IMG/VR virus record: IMGVR_UViG_3300028048_000083
Span: 1-59,363 of that record
Source of the DNA: a virus
Lineage: Duplodnaviria; Heunggongvirae; Uroviricota; Caudoviricetes
DNA length: 59,363 nucleotides
Direction: 5' to 3' (one strand)
Shown here: positions 20,801 to 30,963 of the stretch, piece by piece
Position numbering within the stretch: position 1 is the stretch's first letter
Layout of the letters: every line of letters begins with the position of its first letter
Notes under the pieces: model-generated
The model's database searches: none
Told to the model about the DNA's origin: nothing
Seen by the model: only the letters and a program-made list of their open reading frames with translations
Translations under genes and position numbers: made by a program

Positions 20801-21187
20801 ATGGGTAAAATTATACGATACTGCAAATTGACAGAAGACCATGTCGGCGATAACGTGTTTGATGTATCACGTGCAGGGATTTTAGGTAATCCGTACACAC
20901 ACATCAAAGACCGCAACACCAAGGCTTTGATTAAAGTCAAGACCAGGGAACAGGCGATTGAACTTTACAAGGCTTATTTCAAGAAAATGATGAGTTCGAA
21001 AGATAAGGAGGCAATGCCGTTCCAGAGGGAATTCAGGCGAATTGTCGATGCGTACAAAAATTATGATACGGTGTATGTCGGGTGCTATTGCCACTTAAAC
21101 GAAGAATGTCACGGTGATTTCATAATAGACCAGGTTATAAAAACCGCTGTCAGGGAATGTATTTTGGAAAAAGCTAAACAACAATAA
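20801..21187 (+). CDS. DUF4326-family protein
   Basis: VSRAGILGNPY...AIELY...GCYC...CHGDFI. Confidence 0.8.
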   Translation: MGKIIRYCKLTEDHVGDNVFDVSRAGILGNPYTHIKDRNTKALIKVKTREQAIELYKAYFKKMMSSKDKEAMPFQREFRRIVDAYKNYDTVYVGCYCHLNEECHGDFIIDQVIKTAVRECILEKAKQQ

Positions 21188-21333
21188 AATGGATTTTAAT
21201 ACTTTGGAATGCAACAAATGTTTTGCCGACGACCCAGAAAGGGCACGGCTTTGTAATGAATGCAAGGCTGACACAATGTGTACAGCGTTCAGGGTTTGGT
21301 ATTATCGACTGAACAAACAGGACAAGAAATAGC

Positions 21334-21666
21334 CTATTTCAGGTTTTTCACAAAAAACGGGTTTTCTTTCAGCACTTCGATAATCTGTTCAGTCTTTTGG
21401 CAGACATGTGAGAAATGTATCACGTCATAGTCAGGCAAGGCAAACCATTCGCCGTGCGTTTTGTACTGGCTGTATTTTGAATGGAGCATTTTTTCCAGTC
21501 TGAAGGGATATTCAGTCTCGTAAAGGCAAGTGACATGGAGCTCGGTCGAGTTGCCTGTTTGGAGTTTAAGCAGCCTTTTGTCGACTTTGTCTTTGGTGAC
21601 ACCTATTTTGTAATGCTCGTTTAGCGGGTCACATATTAAATAAACAAAACCTTTATTTTTTTCCAT
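21334..21666 (-). CDS. GIY-YIG/T5orf172-domain protein
   Basis: VYLI...YKIGVT...RLLKLQTGN...LEKMLH...GEWF. Confidence 0.85.
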   Translation of the reverse strand: MEKNKGFVYLICDPLNEHYKIGVTKDKVDKRLLKLQTGNSTELHVTCLYETEYPFRLEKMLHSKYSQYKTHGEWFALPDYDVIHFSHVCQKTEQIIEVLKENPFFVKNLK

Positions 21667-21745
21667 AAAAATAATTAGGTTTGATTTGCGGAAAAATGCT
21701 GTAGTTTTCGGTTATATTGTTGAAATTTTTATAAAAACCAATTTT

Positions 21746-23149
21746 ATGACTCAAGAGAAATTCAAACAAATCATTTCATTTATAGGTAATTGCATTAAGG
21801 GAAGCGATTTTGAAAACCATGTATTTGCCGTCGGAGGATGTGTACGTGATAGCTACATGGGCAATGAAATCAAGGATATTGACTTATGTATTGATTTGCC
21901 AGATGGTGGCATAAAACTGGCTGAATTTCTTCATACAAAAAAGTTTCTCACCCGTCCCCCTGTAGTCTACCCTACTTATGGAACCGCAATGTTCAAGTTC
22001 AAGAAATTCAACCAGGATGAAATCGAGTGTGTCCATACTCGTGGAGAACAGTATCACGACAAGAACAGCCGTAATCCTGAGACTTGCTTTGCCACCATCC
22101 AGGATGACTGCGTCCGTCGTGACCTTACAATCAACGCTCTTTACATGAACGTCACCAGTGGTGAAGTTCTTGACCTGACTGGCAAAGGGCTTGACGATAT
22201 TAAAAATCACGTTTGCCGTGTAACCAACGAAAATCCTGATATTGTATTCAATGATGACCCTCTTCGTATACTTCGCGTTATTCGTTTCGCGTGCCGATAC
22301 AACTTTGACATCGAGGAAAACACTTGTGCTTCGATGATGAAGAATGTTGACCGATTGGAAATCATCACTCAGGAACGAATTACCGATGAGTTCAACAAAA
22401 TGCTTATGACAGATGAGCCAGCTCGTGCAATGGCTCTTATAAGACATATAAAAGCCATGAAGTATATCATTCCTGAGCTTATCGAAACATATGATATGGA
22501 GCAAAATGCATATCATTGTGCCAGTGTCTGGGACCATACAATGAGTCTTATGTGTAGTGAAGAATCGAACTATCAACCATATCTTCCCACAAGACTTGCC
22601 TGTGTTCTGCATGACATTGGTAAAATTAGAACCAAAACCGTTGGTGCTGATGGACGCATTCATTTCTACGACCATGAAACCGTTGGCGCTGATATGGTTC
22701 GCGATATTATGCATAGAATGCGTTATTCTAACGACATTACCGAGGAGGTGTGTTTCTATATCAGAAACCATATGATTACCAAGGGTTGGGGTGATGACCT
22801 TAGCCATATGAAAATGAAGTCTCTTCGTAAACTCATGTACAAGGCTAAGACTGAGGAGCGTTTCAACCACCTTATTGAAGTGATTAATTGCGATAACTGT
22901 AGCCACAAAAAGGAGCATTGTATGTGGAACCAGGGTGAAAATATCCTAAAAGTCGCTGCCAACGAAAAGAGAATGTTTGGTTATCAGCTTCCTATTAACG
23001 GAAATGAGGTTATGGAAGTACTTGGTATTGAGCCAGGTCCTAAGGTTAAGAAGTATCTTGACCATTGCATGAAACTTGCTTTCAATAATCCAGACATCAC
23101 CAAAGAAGATTGTATTAAGGAAATTAAACATTTTAAGATTAACGAATAA
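21746..23149 (+). CDS. cca: CCA-adding tRNA nucleotidyltransferase with HD domain
   Basis: AVGGCVRD...DIDL, RRDLTINAL, DDPLRILRVIRFA, LHDIGK, HETVGA; ATG at 21746. Confidence 0.92.
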   Translation: MTQEKFKQIISFIGNCIKGSDFENHVFAVGGCVRDSYMGNEIKDIDLCIDLPDGGIKLAEFLHTKKFLTRPPVVYPTYGTAMFKFKKFNQDEIECVHTRGEQYHDKNSRNPETCFATIQDDCVRRDLTINALYMNVTSGEVLDLTGKGLDDIKNHVCRVTNENPDIVFNDDPLRILRVIRFACRYNFDIEENTCASMMKNVDRLEIITQERITDEFNKMLMTDEPARAMALIRHIKAMKYIIPELIETYDMEQNAYHCASVWDHTMSLMCSEESNYQPYLPTRLACVLHDIGKIRTKTVGADGRIHFYDHETVGADMVRDIMHRMRYSNDITEEVCFYIRNHMITKGWGDDLSHMKMKSLRKLMYKAKTEERFNHLIEVINCDNCSHKKEHCMWNQGENILKVAANEKRMFGYQLPINGNEVMEVLGIEPGPKVKKYLDHCMKLAFNNPDITKEDCIKEIKHFKINE

Positions 23150-23167
23150 CATGATAAATAGGCGAAG

Positions 23168-23353
23168 ATGAGTAAGAAATCATGGCTTGAAAGCCCGACA
23201 CCAGAGGAAATGCATGAACCCACTATCAAGCATTTCTCACAAGGCAATATGCCCGAACCAGAATATGACACAAGTTTTATGCATCATAGCGATGACGATG
23301 AATACCCTTCAATGGAGGATTTGTATGAACCTATGAGGCATTTTCAGGATTAA
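23168..23353 (+). CDS. small acidic hypothetical protein
   Basis: ORF. Confidence 0.5.
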   Translation: MSKKSWLESPTPEEMHEPTIKHFSQGNMPEPEYDTSFMHHSDDDEYPSMEDLYEPMRHFQD

Positions 23354-23368
23354 TTAAAATTGAACAAT

Positions 23369-23815
23369 ATGCTTAGAGAGAAACTTAACAATTTAATCAA
23401 AAGCGCAATGCTTAACCATGAGACTGAGCGGTTGAATGTGATACGCTCAATCAAGACCGTGTTTACCAATTTCGAGAAAGAGGGCAAACAATTGACAGAT
23501 GGCGACGAGGTGAAACTGCTTCTTAAGATGGTCAGCCAGCGGGAGGATTCGATTGAACAATACAAAAACGGCGGACGCCAGGATTTGGTTGACAAGGAAA
23601 CCGTCGAGCTCAATATTTTGAAAGAATTCGTGCCGAAACAGCCGAGCGACGATGAAATTGCCGCTTATACAAAGGAGGTCATAATGCGTTTCGAGACAAC
23701 CAACAACAGAAGTGTTGAGATGAGGGACATGAAAAGCATACTGTCTACGGTACAGGAAAGATATCCGACCGCTAACGGCAAGATAGTCTCCACTGTCGTT
23801 AAATCGTCAATGTAA
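23369..23815 (+). CDS. GatB/YqeY domain protein
   Basis: KSAM...IRSIK...KMVSQREDSIEQYKNGGRQDLVDKE. Confidence 0.92.
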   Translation: MLREKLNNLIKSAMLNHETERLNVIRSIKTVFTNFEKEGKQLTDGDEVKLLLKMVSQREDSIEQYKNGGRQDLVDKETVELNILKEFVPKQPSDDEIAAYTKEVIMRFETTNNRSVEMRDMKSILSTVQERYPTANGKIVSTVVKSSM

Positions 23816-23883
23816 ATATAGTTTTTCTTTTACAATAAAATTTGTATATTATTATTGAATAATAATAAATAATACAAAGTAAT

Positions 23884-24105
23884 ATGGAATATCCTTATTT
23901 GGGATTTATAAACGAAGACAACACACACACAGTCAACCCGCACAGTATAATCGTTTTTTTCATAAGCGAGAACAAAGGCGTTGTGGTTCATAACATTAAC
24001 GAAAACAATCAGAACAGTAGTTTTGCTTTTGGTAAATACGGCGATTTCATTGAAGACGACTTTGATTTTTATCCAGAAGAGAACACAGTGATTCTGCAGA
24101 ACTAA
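23884..24105 (+). CDS. hypothetical protein
   Basis: ORF after promoter motif. Confidence 0.7.
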   Translation: MEYPYLGFINEDNTHTVNPHSIIVFFISENKGVVVHNINENNQNSSFAFGKYGDFIEDDFDFYPEENTVILQN

Positions 24106-24111
24106 ACATGT

Positions 24112-24621
24112 ATGGAAGTAAGTATTGACAGATTATCTTCAGATGATTTTCTTTTAAGTGAAGTTGCCAGATTGTCAAACCGTGGCATCAGCATTGCGGT
24201 TGATTTTGACAGCACATTGTGTTTAACCGACGGTTTTCCGCATATTGTGGCTCAAAACGGGAGATGTTTTGATATATTGCACAAATGGCAAGATGCTGGA
24301 TGCAAAATCATACTGTATACAATGCGCCACGACGACGACTTGGACGATGCAGTTGAATGGTGCAAGGAATGCGGGTTTGTGTTTGACGGTATAAACAAAA
24401 ACCAGGAAAACGATGAACGAGACCCTGAATGTGACAAACTGTATGCGGTTTTCTATATAGACGACAAGGCTTTTGGCGTGCCTCTCTTGCATGATACGGA
24501 AGGGAAAGTCAGAGACCATGTCGACTGGGATAAAATCGATTCAGTATTTACTCCATTGATATCCGAAATAAACGAAAAAATTAAAACTGAAAAATGGTTA
24601 GGAAAAGATTTGTATTTGTAA
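24112..24621 (+). CDS. HAD-superfamily phosphatase (BT0820-like)
   Basis: IAVDFDSTL, IILYTMR, YIDDKA. Confidence 0.85.
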   Translation: MEVSIDRLSSDDFLLSEVARLSNRGISIAVDFDSTLCLTDGFPHIVAQNGRCFDILHKWQDAGCKIILYTMRHDDDLDDAVEWCKECGFVFDGINKNQENDERDPECDKLYAVFYIDDKAFGVPLLHDTEGKVRDHVDWDKIDSVFTPLISEINEKIKTEKWLGKDLYL

Positions 24622-24827
24622 AAGATTTTTCAAATGTCGCTGGCGGCATTATCAATGCTGGTACAACCATTGACATTGTTGGACAAAACATATTCATGGA
24701 AAGCAACACTTTTGGTGGACAGGTGATAGACCCGTATATGTATGAGTCGCTACACAAGTTCATTGAGCAGGAATATGCAAGACCGAACTATCTCAGAGAA
24801 GTTCCAGTACCTTATAACAAAGCATAA
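24594..24827 (+). CDS. hypothetical protein
   Basis: ORF. Confidence 0.7.
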   Translation: MVRKRFVFVKDFSNVAGGIINAGTTIDIVGQNIFMESNTFGGQVIDPYMYESLHKFIEQEYARPNYLREVPVPYNKA

Positions 24828-24839
24828 AAGATTATCATT

Positions 24840-25415
24840 ATGAGTACATATTGCCATAGAATTGTCGAATTTTACGATAAAAACGAGCAATGGGTCAGAT
24901 GTGGTGAATTTGTCGACAATTTTCACGGATTTGACCAGTGGAAAAACGAAGATTATTATAACAGGGGTTTTCCAGAAAACACAACAGTCAAACAAGAGGA
25001 AATAACTAATAGCGAAGACGGACGAGAGTATGTGTGGGGCAAGTCTTACGTGACAATGACCGAACTCAACGCGTGGATTGACAAGGAAAAAGAAGAATCC
25101 ATGTCATACCTTTTCAACACAATAAAGGATGGTATGTTTTATCGGATGATAAACAAAATCAATGATATACATACTGTTGTTGTAGACCACGCCGAACCGT
25201 CGAAACAGGATAACAGCGAATCTGATGACGATATTAGGTATGACCCGTTGTCGAATTATGATTATTTCAAAGACAATGTCAATGAAATATTCGAACAATA
25301 TGAATCGTTGTGTGGTGAGTCGATTGCAGCCTGGAGTGTTGTTGAAACAATGAAGGCTGAGGATGAATACTGGATTGAGCCAGAAAGAGTGAGAATTGTC
25401 TTTTATTTTGATTGA
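24840..25415 (+). CDS. hypothetical protein
   Basis: ORF. Confidence 0.8.
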   Translation: MSTYCHRIVEFYDKNEQWVRCGEFVDNFHGFDQWKNEDYYNRGFPENTTVKQEEITNSEDGREYVWGKSYVTMTELNAWIDKEKEESMSYLFNTIKDGMFYRMINKINDIHTVVVDHAEPSKQDNSESDDDIRYDPLSNYDYFKDNVNEIFEQYESLCGESIAAWSVVETMKAEDEYWIEPERVRIVFYFD

Positions 25416-25416
25416 T

Positions 25417-25737
25417 ATGGCAATTGATGAAATGAAATCCGAATCCCCCGCTGATGAAATTGCTCGACTGGCTGATGAATACCATGACAATTTCATACCA
25501 GAAAACAGTTCTGGTTTGTCACCTGTCTTGAATGACATTACGGACATATGCAGCGATTTGTATGGCAAACTGCAGGATTTTGTCAATATCCATAACAGTT
25601 TGAAGGATTATGAGCCAAATGCGGACACTATTTGTGATGCAAGTTATGGCTTTCATAAAATATCATACATGTTGTCCGAGTGTGTAAAATATGTCAGTGA
25701 AAATATAGACACTAGTTGGTACAATAGTAATAAATAA
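25417..25737 (+). CDS. hypothetical protein
   Basis: ORF; ATG at 25417. Confidence 0.7.
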   Translation: MAIDEMKSESPADEIARLADEYHDNFIPENSSGLSPVLNDITDICSDLYGKLQDFVNIHNSLKDYEPNADTICDASYGFHKISYMLSECVKYVSENIDTSWYNSNK

Positions 25738-25743
25738 ATCAAT

Positions 25744-26448
25744 ATGACATCAAAAAACATTGAAAATAGTCCGATTGTGAAGAAAATGCCTCAGGTGTTC
25801 TTCACATCGGACCTTTAACTCCATTTTGGGCATAAAAACATTTTGAAATATTGCCCTGGCCGTATACTTAAAATACGCGAGTATTGTGAATCTAAAGGAT
25901 ACGTATTGACCGAGGACAATGTTGTTGAAATGATGGATAAATGGTTGGTTGACTTGTGGAATTCACAAGTCACCAAAAAGGACACTGTATATATCCTTGG
26001 TGACTTTTCGTTCCATACGGCTGAGGAAAACAAACAGTTGCTTGGCAAACTGAACGGCAACAAGTTCCTTATTTTAGGCAACCACGACGGGAATTCCGAC
26101 AGTCTGGTTAATTATTTCAGACAGATAACACAAATAAAGGAAGTCAAGTATAAGGATGAAAGCGGTGAAACATTCTTTTTTGAGTTATGCCATTATGCCA
26201 TGGTAACATGGAACCGCAAGGAACACGGTACTATCCAGTTGCATGGTCATTCCCATGGGAATCTCGACGGGTTTAACGAAGAAAACCCTGACCTTAGGGT
26301 TGATGTGGGGCTTGACGGGAAATTGGCTGATTATAGTTTCCTGACGCCTGACGACATACTCTTTTATTTTTATGAAAAGGCTGCGACAAGGGATTTCGAA
26401 AAATATGTTCAAGCCTTGCGCACCAGGGAAAACAGTGAAAATCAATAA
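25744..26448 (+). pseudogene. calcineurin-like phosphoesterase with a 6-nt in-frame insertion containing TAA in motif I
   Basis: Reads FTSDL*LHFGHKNI instead of FTSDLHFGH; LGDF, GNHD and LHGHSH intact. Confidence 0.8.
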
Positions 26449-26471
26449 GTATTACAAGAAAACAATTGAAT

Positions 26472-27251
26472 ATGGCAGGAGGTGGATTTAGAACTTTGCT
26501 GGTGATTGGTGAAAACCATCTTGAAATTGCACAGAAATACAGCCTTGACACTAAGGTTGACCCTTATATACGATATCGTTTTGACGATGCTGAACAATTG
26601 CATATCAAATATCTGAAAGTACTTGAGGGTTTAATCAAGAAGACCCAGAACAATAACAAGAAACTGGCTGACAAGTACAAGGAGATGTATGACGAGTATC
26701 GTGAAATGGACGATTTCGAGTATTACCAGCAGTTGACATACGGATGCAAATATGACGACAACGGTGATGCCTGGTCGGATGAAAACCCGAATGCGCATTA
26801 CCAATATGAGAAATGCTACGACAAACGGATAAAGCAAGACCAGTCGAACGAGTCAAGTTTCAGTAACCCGTTGATACTAAAAAGCGGTAAAAAGGCATAT
26901 TCTGCATTGATGAGTGAAATTGATTGGTCCAAAAACCATATGTACAATACCGAAATATACAAATCCGCATGGGATATCTGCGTCAACGGCAGGGAACCAG
27001 TTACCAAAGAAGAAAAACTCATCAAACAAAACTTTGGAAGACGTAACGACTACTTTGCCAATTTCAAGAACGCCGACGAATATATCAAACACAATTGTTC
27101 ATTCTGGTGCTATGGTGTGGCAACCAATGACGATTATACCTGCGCTGACACCTCAGACCCGATAAAATGGACGGGAGATTTTTTTGACAGGTTCATTAAA
27201 GGATTGCCTGATAATGAACGTTTGTCCATATATGAAATCAAACTATTGTAA
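26472..27251 (+). CDS. hypothetical protein
   Basis: Long ORF. Confidence 0.8.
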   Translation: MAGGGFRTLLVIGENHLEIAQKYSLDTKVDPYIRYRFDDAEQLHIKYLKVLEGLIKKTQNNNKKLADKYKEMYDEYREMDDFEYYQQLTYGCKYDDNGDAWSDENPNAHYQYEKCYDKRIKQDQSNESSFSNPLILKSGKKAYSALMSEIDWSKNHMYNTEIYKSAWDICVNGREPVTKEEKLIKQNFGRRNDYFANFKNADEYIKHNCSFWCYGVATNDDYTCADTSDPIKWTGDFFDRFIKGLPDNERLSIYEIKLL

Positions 27252-27334
27252 ATGTTAAAAAACGTTAAATTTGTTTAGTTTAAATTGCGCAAAATGTATA
27301 TTGTGTTTATAATAACCAAACAAATTTTAGACAA

Positions 27335-27556
27335 ATGGTAGTTTTTGAAATTGAAGGCAATGCCAATGACTTACATGCAATTGAGCATAACGGAAAAATG
27401 GAATCGATAAGCCTGGTGAAACTGAACGGTGACACAGAACCAGATATCGAAATGACAATCTCGTCTTTTAACATTGGATGTGAGGATTTTGAACACAAAC
27501 TGATAAAAGGATTACTGGGTCATAAGATACGTTTTACTGTTGAAACATTAGACTGA
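27335..27556 (+). CDS. hypothetical protein
   Basis: ORF. Confidence 0.7.
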   Translation: MVVFEIEGNANDLHAIEHNGKMESISLVKLNGDTEPDIEMTISSFNIGCEDFEHKLIKGLLGHKIRFTVETLD

Positions 27557-28374
27557 TGAACAATATTGAGATACAAACAAACGCCACATATGCAGTAGGG
27601 GACATACACGGTAATTTCAATTCACTCATATCAATGATTAAACGGTATGGCATAACCGATTCCTGCATTATAGTATGCGGCGATTGCGGCTTAGGGTTTA
27701 ACAAGTGGTCAGCCACGAAAAAGCTTGTTTCAAAACTGGATAAGTTGTGTGTGAAGAACAATATAACCGTCGTTATGGTTCGCGGAAATCACGACGACCC
27801 CGACTTTTTCATTCAAGGCAATCTTACTCCCAGAATTGTGCCTGTACCCGATTACACGGTCATAAACGGTAGTATTCTGTGTATTGGTGGTGCCATTTCA
27901 ATTGACCGTAAATACAGAATGTCGGTCAAAGACAAATACTACCTGGATTATATCAAATACCATCCAGGAGCCAGTCTTGAAACAGCCATCAGTAACACGC
28001 CTAATCTCTACTGGAGCAACGAACCGCCAGTTTATGACGAGGAAAAGTTGGATGAAATCAAGGAGGCTGGGTTAAATATAACGACAGTTTGTACCCATAC
28101 CTGTCCAGGCTTTTGTGACCCAGTGACCAAAGACGGTATTGGGTCATGGCTAAAGGCTGACCCTGAATTAGAGACCGACATTAATGCGGAACGCAAGGTA
28201 ATGGACTTGGTTTATGAAAAACTTATATCGGACGGGCATACGGTGAAAGACTGGATTTATGGTCATTATCACCGCCACAGCATGATGGTTGTTGACAATA
28301 CGCGTTTTTTGATGTTAGGTGCGGTTGTCTGTGAGAACGACAATGTGGATTGGGTTGAAATATTAAGAACTTAA
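27556..28374 (+). CDS. calcineurin-like metallophosphoesterase
   Basis: GDIHG, CGDCG, RGNHD, THTCP, YGHYH. Confidence 0.92.
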   Translation: MNNIEIQTNATYAVGDIHGNFNSLISMIKRYGITDSCIIVCGDCGLGFNKWSATKKLVSKLDKLCVKNNITVVMVRGNHDDPDFFIQGNLTPRIVPVPDYTVINGSILCIGGAISIDRKYRMSVKDKYYLDYIKYHPGASLETAISNTPNLYWSNEPPVYDEEKLDEIKEAGLNITTVCTHTCPGFCDPVTKDGIGSWLKADPELETDINAERKVMDLVYEKLISDGHTVKDWIYGHYHRHSMMVVDNTRFLMLGAVVCENDNVDWVEILRT

Positions 28375-28378
28375 TTTT

Positions 28379-29047
28379 ATGGAAAAAATACATATTATGT
28401 CATACACAGAATTTATTAAACAAGGTAAGATTACCAATGCAAGAGATTTTATGAAATTGTGTTTGCGCAATTTCGGTATTATGCAAGAACATTATCAAGA
28501 CCCACTTTCTCTTGAATCTGTTTTGGATAAAAATTTTGATGTTGAGACTAACAGTGATTATCAACGTTATGTAAAGTATCTCGATGATGAGTATCAGAGG
28601 CTCAAAGAACTTATTCACCAAAAAGAGGATGAGACGAGTTACGATATAGCTTTTACGGAATTTGTCGCGGACATTGAAAAGTCCATTGTTGATTATAAAA
28701 AGGCTATGGCCGAGCGAATCAAGGAGAATGAGATGTATAAAAAATATATTGAGAAAATCCAGAAATGGAATTGTTCACCTCAATATGAAAACATCAAGAA
28801 ATTTGCTATTGAACAGTGTACTAATGCATTGAATGATGTAAGCTTTTATGAAGGAGAGATAAAGAGATATGAAGAGCTGTTGGTTAACCCAAAGTCTAGT
28901 TTTGACGATTATTTGAAAACCATGATAGATGTTACAAGACATACTATTGACATGTATAGTAAATCAATTAATATGTGTGTACACTCACTGAAAGAAAGAA
29001 AAGAATTTTTTGACGGATTTATGAATGAATTGAATAAAATAAATTAA
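28379..29047 (+). CDS. coiled-coil hypothetical protein
   Basis: ORF. Confidence 0.8.
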   Translation: MEKIHIMSYTEFIKQGKITNARDFMKLCLRNFGIMQEHYQDPLSLESVLDKNFDVETNSDYQRYVKYLDDEYQRLKELIHQKEDETSYDIAFTEFVADIEKSIVDYKKAMAERIKENEMYKKYIEKIQKWNCSPQYENIKKFAIEQCTNALNDVSFYEGEIKRYEELLVNPKSSFDDYLKTMIDVTRHTIDMYSKSINMCVHSLKERKEFFDGFMNELNKIN

Positions 29048-29048
29048 A

Positions 29049-29240
29049 ATGAGTGACAGTAAAAAAATTACAGTAAGTGTTGGTGGTTTGCCAACGTTGC
29101 TTCTAGTGGCTTTTATTGTATTGAAGCTATGTAAAGTGATAACCTGGTCTTGGATATGGGTGCTAAGCCCGTTATGGATACCACTTGTGTTATCAACAAT
29201 TGTTGGCATTGTTTTACTACTATTATTCTTGAAAATTTAA
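29049..29240 (+). CDS. small membrane protein
   Basis: LLLVAFIVLKLCKVITWSWIWVLSPLWIP. Confidence 0.8.
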   Translation: MSDSKKITVSVGGLPTLLLVAFIVLKLCKVITWSWIWVLSPLWIPLVLSTIVGIVLLLLFLKI

Positions 29241-29306
29241 TTTCAAGTGGCGGAGAGACTCTAAATAGAATTAAATTAAAAGAATAATAATTAAATAAAA
29301 TTAAAC

Positions 29307-30866
29307 ATGTTTACTAAAAGCGAAAATTTTAAAGAGGAGTATTGTGCCCAAATTGTGAAAATCGGTCCACTGGAGCCTATCGAGAATTCAGATTTCCTTG
29401 CACGTACCACAATTAACGGTTTTAATGTTGTTGTGGGTAAGAATGACGTGAAAGAGGGCGACATTATGGTATACGCTAAACTTGAAACTGAGGTTAATAC
29501 TGATTTTCTTTCAGTTAACAATCAGTTTGAGATTGGTGAGCGTCACTTGAATAAGAATTACAATGAGGTTCAGGCCCTTATTGATGAGGGTAAGGATGAT
29601 GAGGCTAAGAAACTTGTTGGTTATTTCAATAAGTATGGCCGTGTCCGCATTGTGAAACTTCGTAAATGTCCGTCAGAGGGTTGTTTGTTCACTGTTGATT
29701 CCCTTGTCAAATGGAAACCAGAGTTGGCAAATTATGACTTTAATCAGTGTTTTATTCCAAATGCTGACGGCGTGGTTGAGCCATTCTGTTTCGATACCAT
29801 CGGTAAAGACCTTTTTGTCAAGGCTTATGTTCCAAGAATTTCAAACCGTGAGCAAACTAGGACTAACAAAGATGCCAAACGTAACCGTCGTTTGAAGAGG
29901 TTTGACCGTATGATTGAGGGTCAGTTCTCATTCCATTACACAACAAACCAACTCCAGGATAATATGTGGCGTATTAATCCAACTACACCAATTTTTGTCT
30001 CAGTTAAGGAACATGGAACAAGTGTGTGTATTGGAAGACTTTTAATTAAAAAGCCGCTTCCCGCTTCACTTCCTCGTAAGATAGAGAATAAGAGGAAAGC
30101 CCGTCAGTTGAGATACCTTTACAAGGCCGAGCGCCGTTTCTACTGGCAGAAGCTCGTTGTGAAAAACAAAATCAATTCAATCAAGAATTATCTCAACAGC
30201 CAGTACACCGTGGATTATGGTAATGTTACATCGTCACGTACTGTAATTAAAAATCGGTATATCAATAATGGGGTGCAACAGCATTTCTACGGTACTGATA
30301 TATGGTCAAAGTATGGTGATTTGATTTATCCGTATTTACTTGATGGTATGACTCTGTATGGTGAAATTTGTGGATATGTTGACGGTTCGCAATCAATGAT
30401 TCAGAAGGGTTATGACTACGGTTGTAAGCCAGGTACCAGTTATTTGATGCCTTATCGTATAACGTTTACTGACCACGAAGGAAATCACACTGAGTGGGAA
30501 CTTAATGAAGTGTTTGGGTGGACTAAGAAATTAATCGAGGAACACCCAGAACTGGCTGATAAAGTACACCCAATAAACATTCTTTATCACGGAACCCTTG
30601 GTGATTTGTATCCTGATATTGACCCGTCTGAGCACTGGAATGAAAACGTTCTTAAGGCTATGGCAGCTGACCATGAGCACTTTGGTATGGAAGAAAACGA
30701 ACCGTTGTGTAAAAACAAGTGTTACAGAGAAGGGATTGTAGTTAGGATTGAAAATGATAAAAATTTTGAGGCATTTAAATTAAAATGTAAAAACTTTTTA
30801 TTTGCGGAGTCAAAACTAATAGATTCTGGAAATATTGATATTGAAATGGAAAATACGTATCAATAA
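29307..30866 (+). CDS. ATP-dependent RNA ligase (DRB0094/Rnl2-like family)
   Basis: N-terminal OB-like module (PIENSD...VVVGK...EGD..VY); nucleotidyltransferase motifs KEHGTS, LYGEI, EGIVVR, AFKLK. Confidence 0.82.
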   Translation: MFTKSENFKEEYCAQIVKIGPLEPIENSDFLARTTINGFNVVVGKNDVKEGDIMVYAKLETEVNTDFLSVNNQFEIGERHLNKNYNEVQALIDEGKDDEAKKLVGYFNKYGRVRIVKLRKCPSEGCLFTVDSLVKWKPELANYDFNQCFIPNADGVVEPFCFDTIGKDLFVKAYVPRISNREQTRTNKDAKRNRRLKRFDRMIEGQFSFHYTTNQLQDNMWRINPTTPIFVSVKEHGTSVCIGRLLIKKPLPASLPRKIENKRKARQLRYLYKAERRFYWQKLVVKNKINSIKNYLNSQYTVDYGNVTSSRTVIKNRYINNGVQQHFYGTDIWSKYGDLIYPYLLDGMTLYGEICGYVDGSQSMIQKGYDYGCKPGTSYLMPYRITFTDHEGNHTEWELNEVFGWTKKLIEEHPELADKVHPINILYHGTLGDLYPDIDPSEHWNENVLKAMAADHEHFGMEENEPLCKNKCYREGIVVRIENDKNFEAFKLKCKNFLFAESKLIDSGNIDIEMENTYQ

Positions 30867-30963
30867 TGTAACATTTATTTTGAATAAAACTATATATAAA
30901 TGGAGTAAAAACTAAATACTACACTATTTATATATAGTTTTTTATTAGAATAGATTTAAAATT

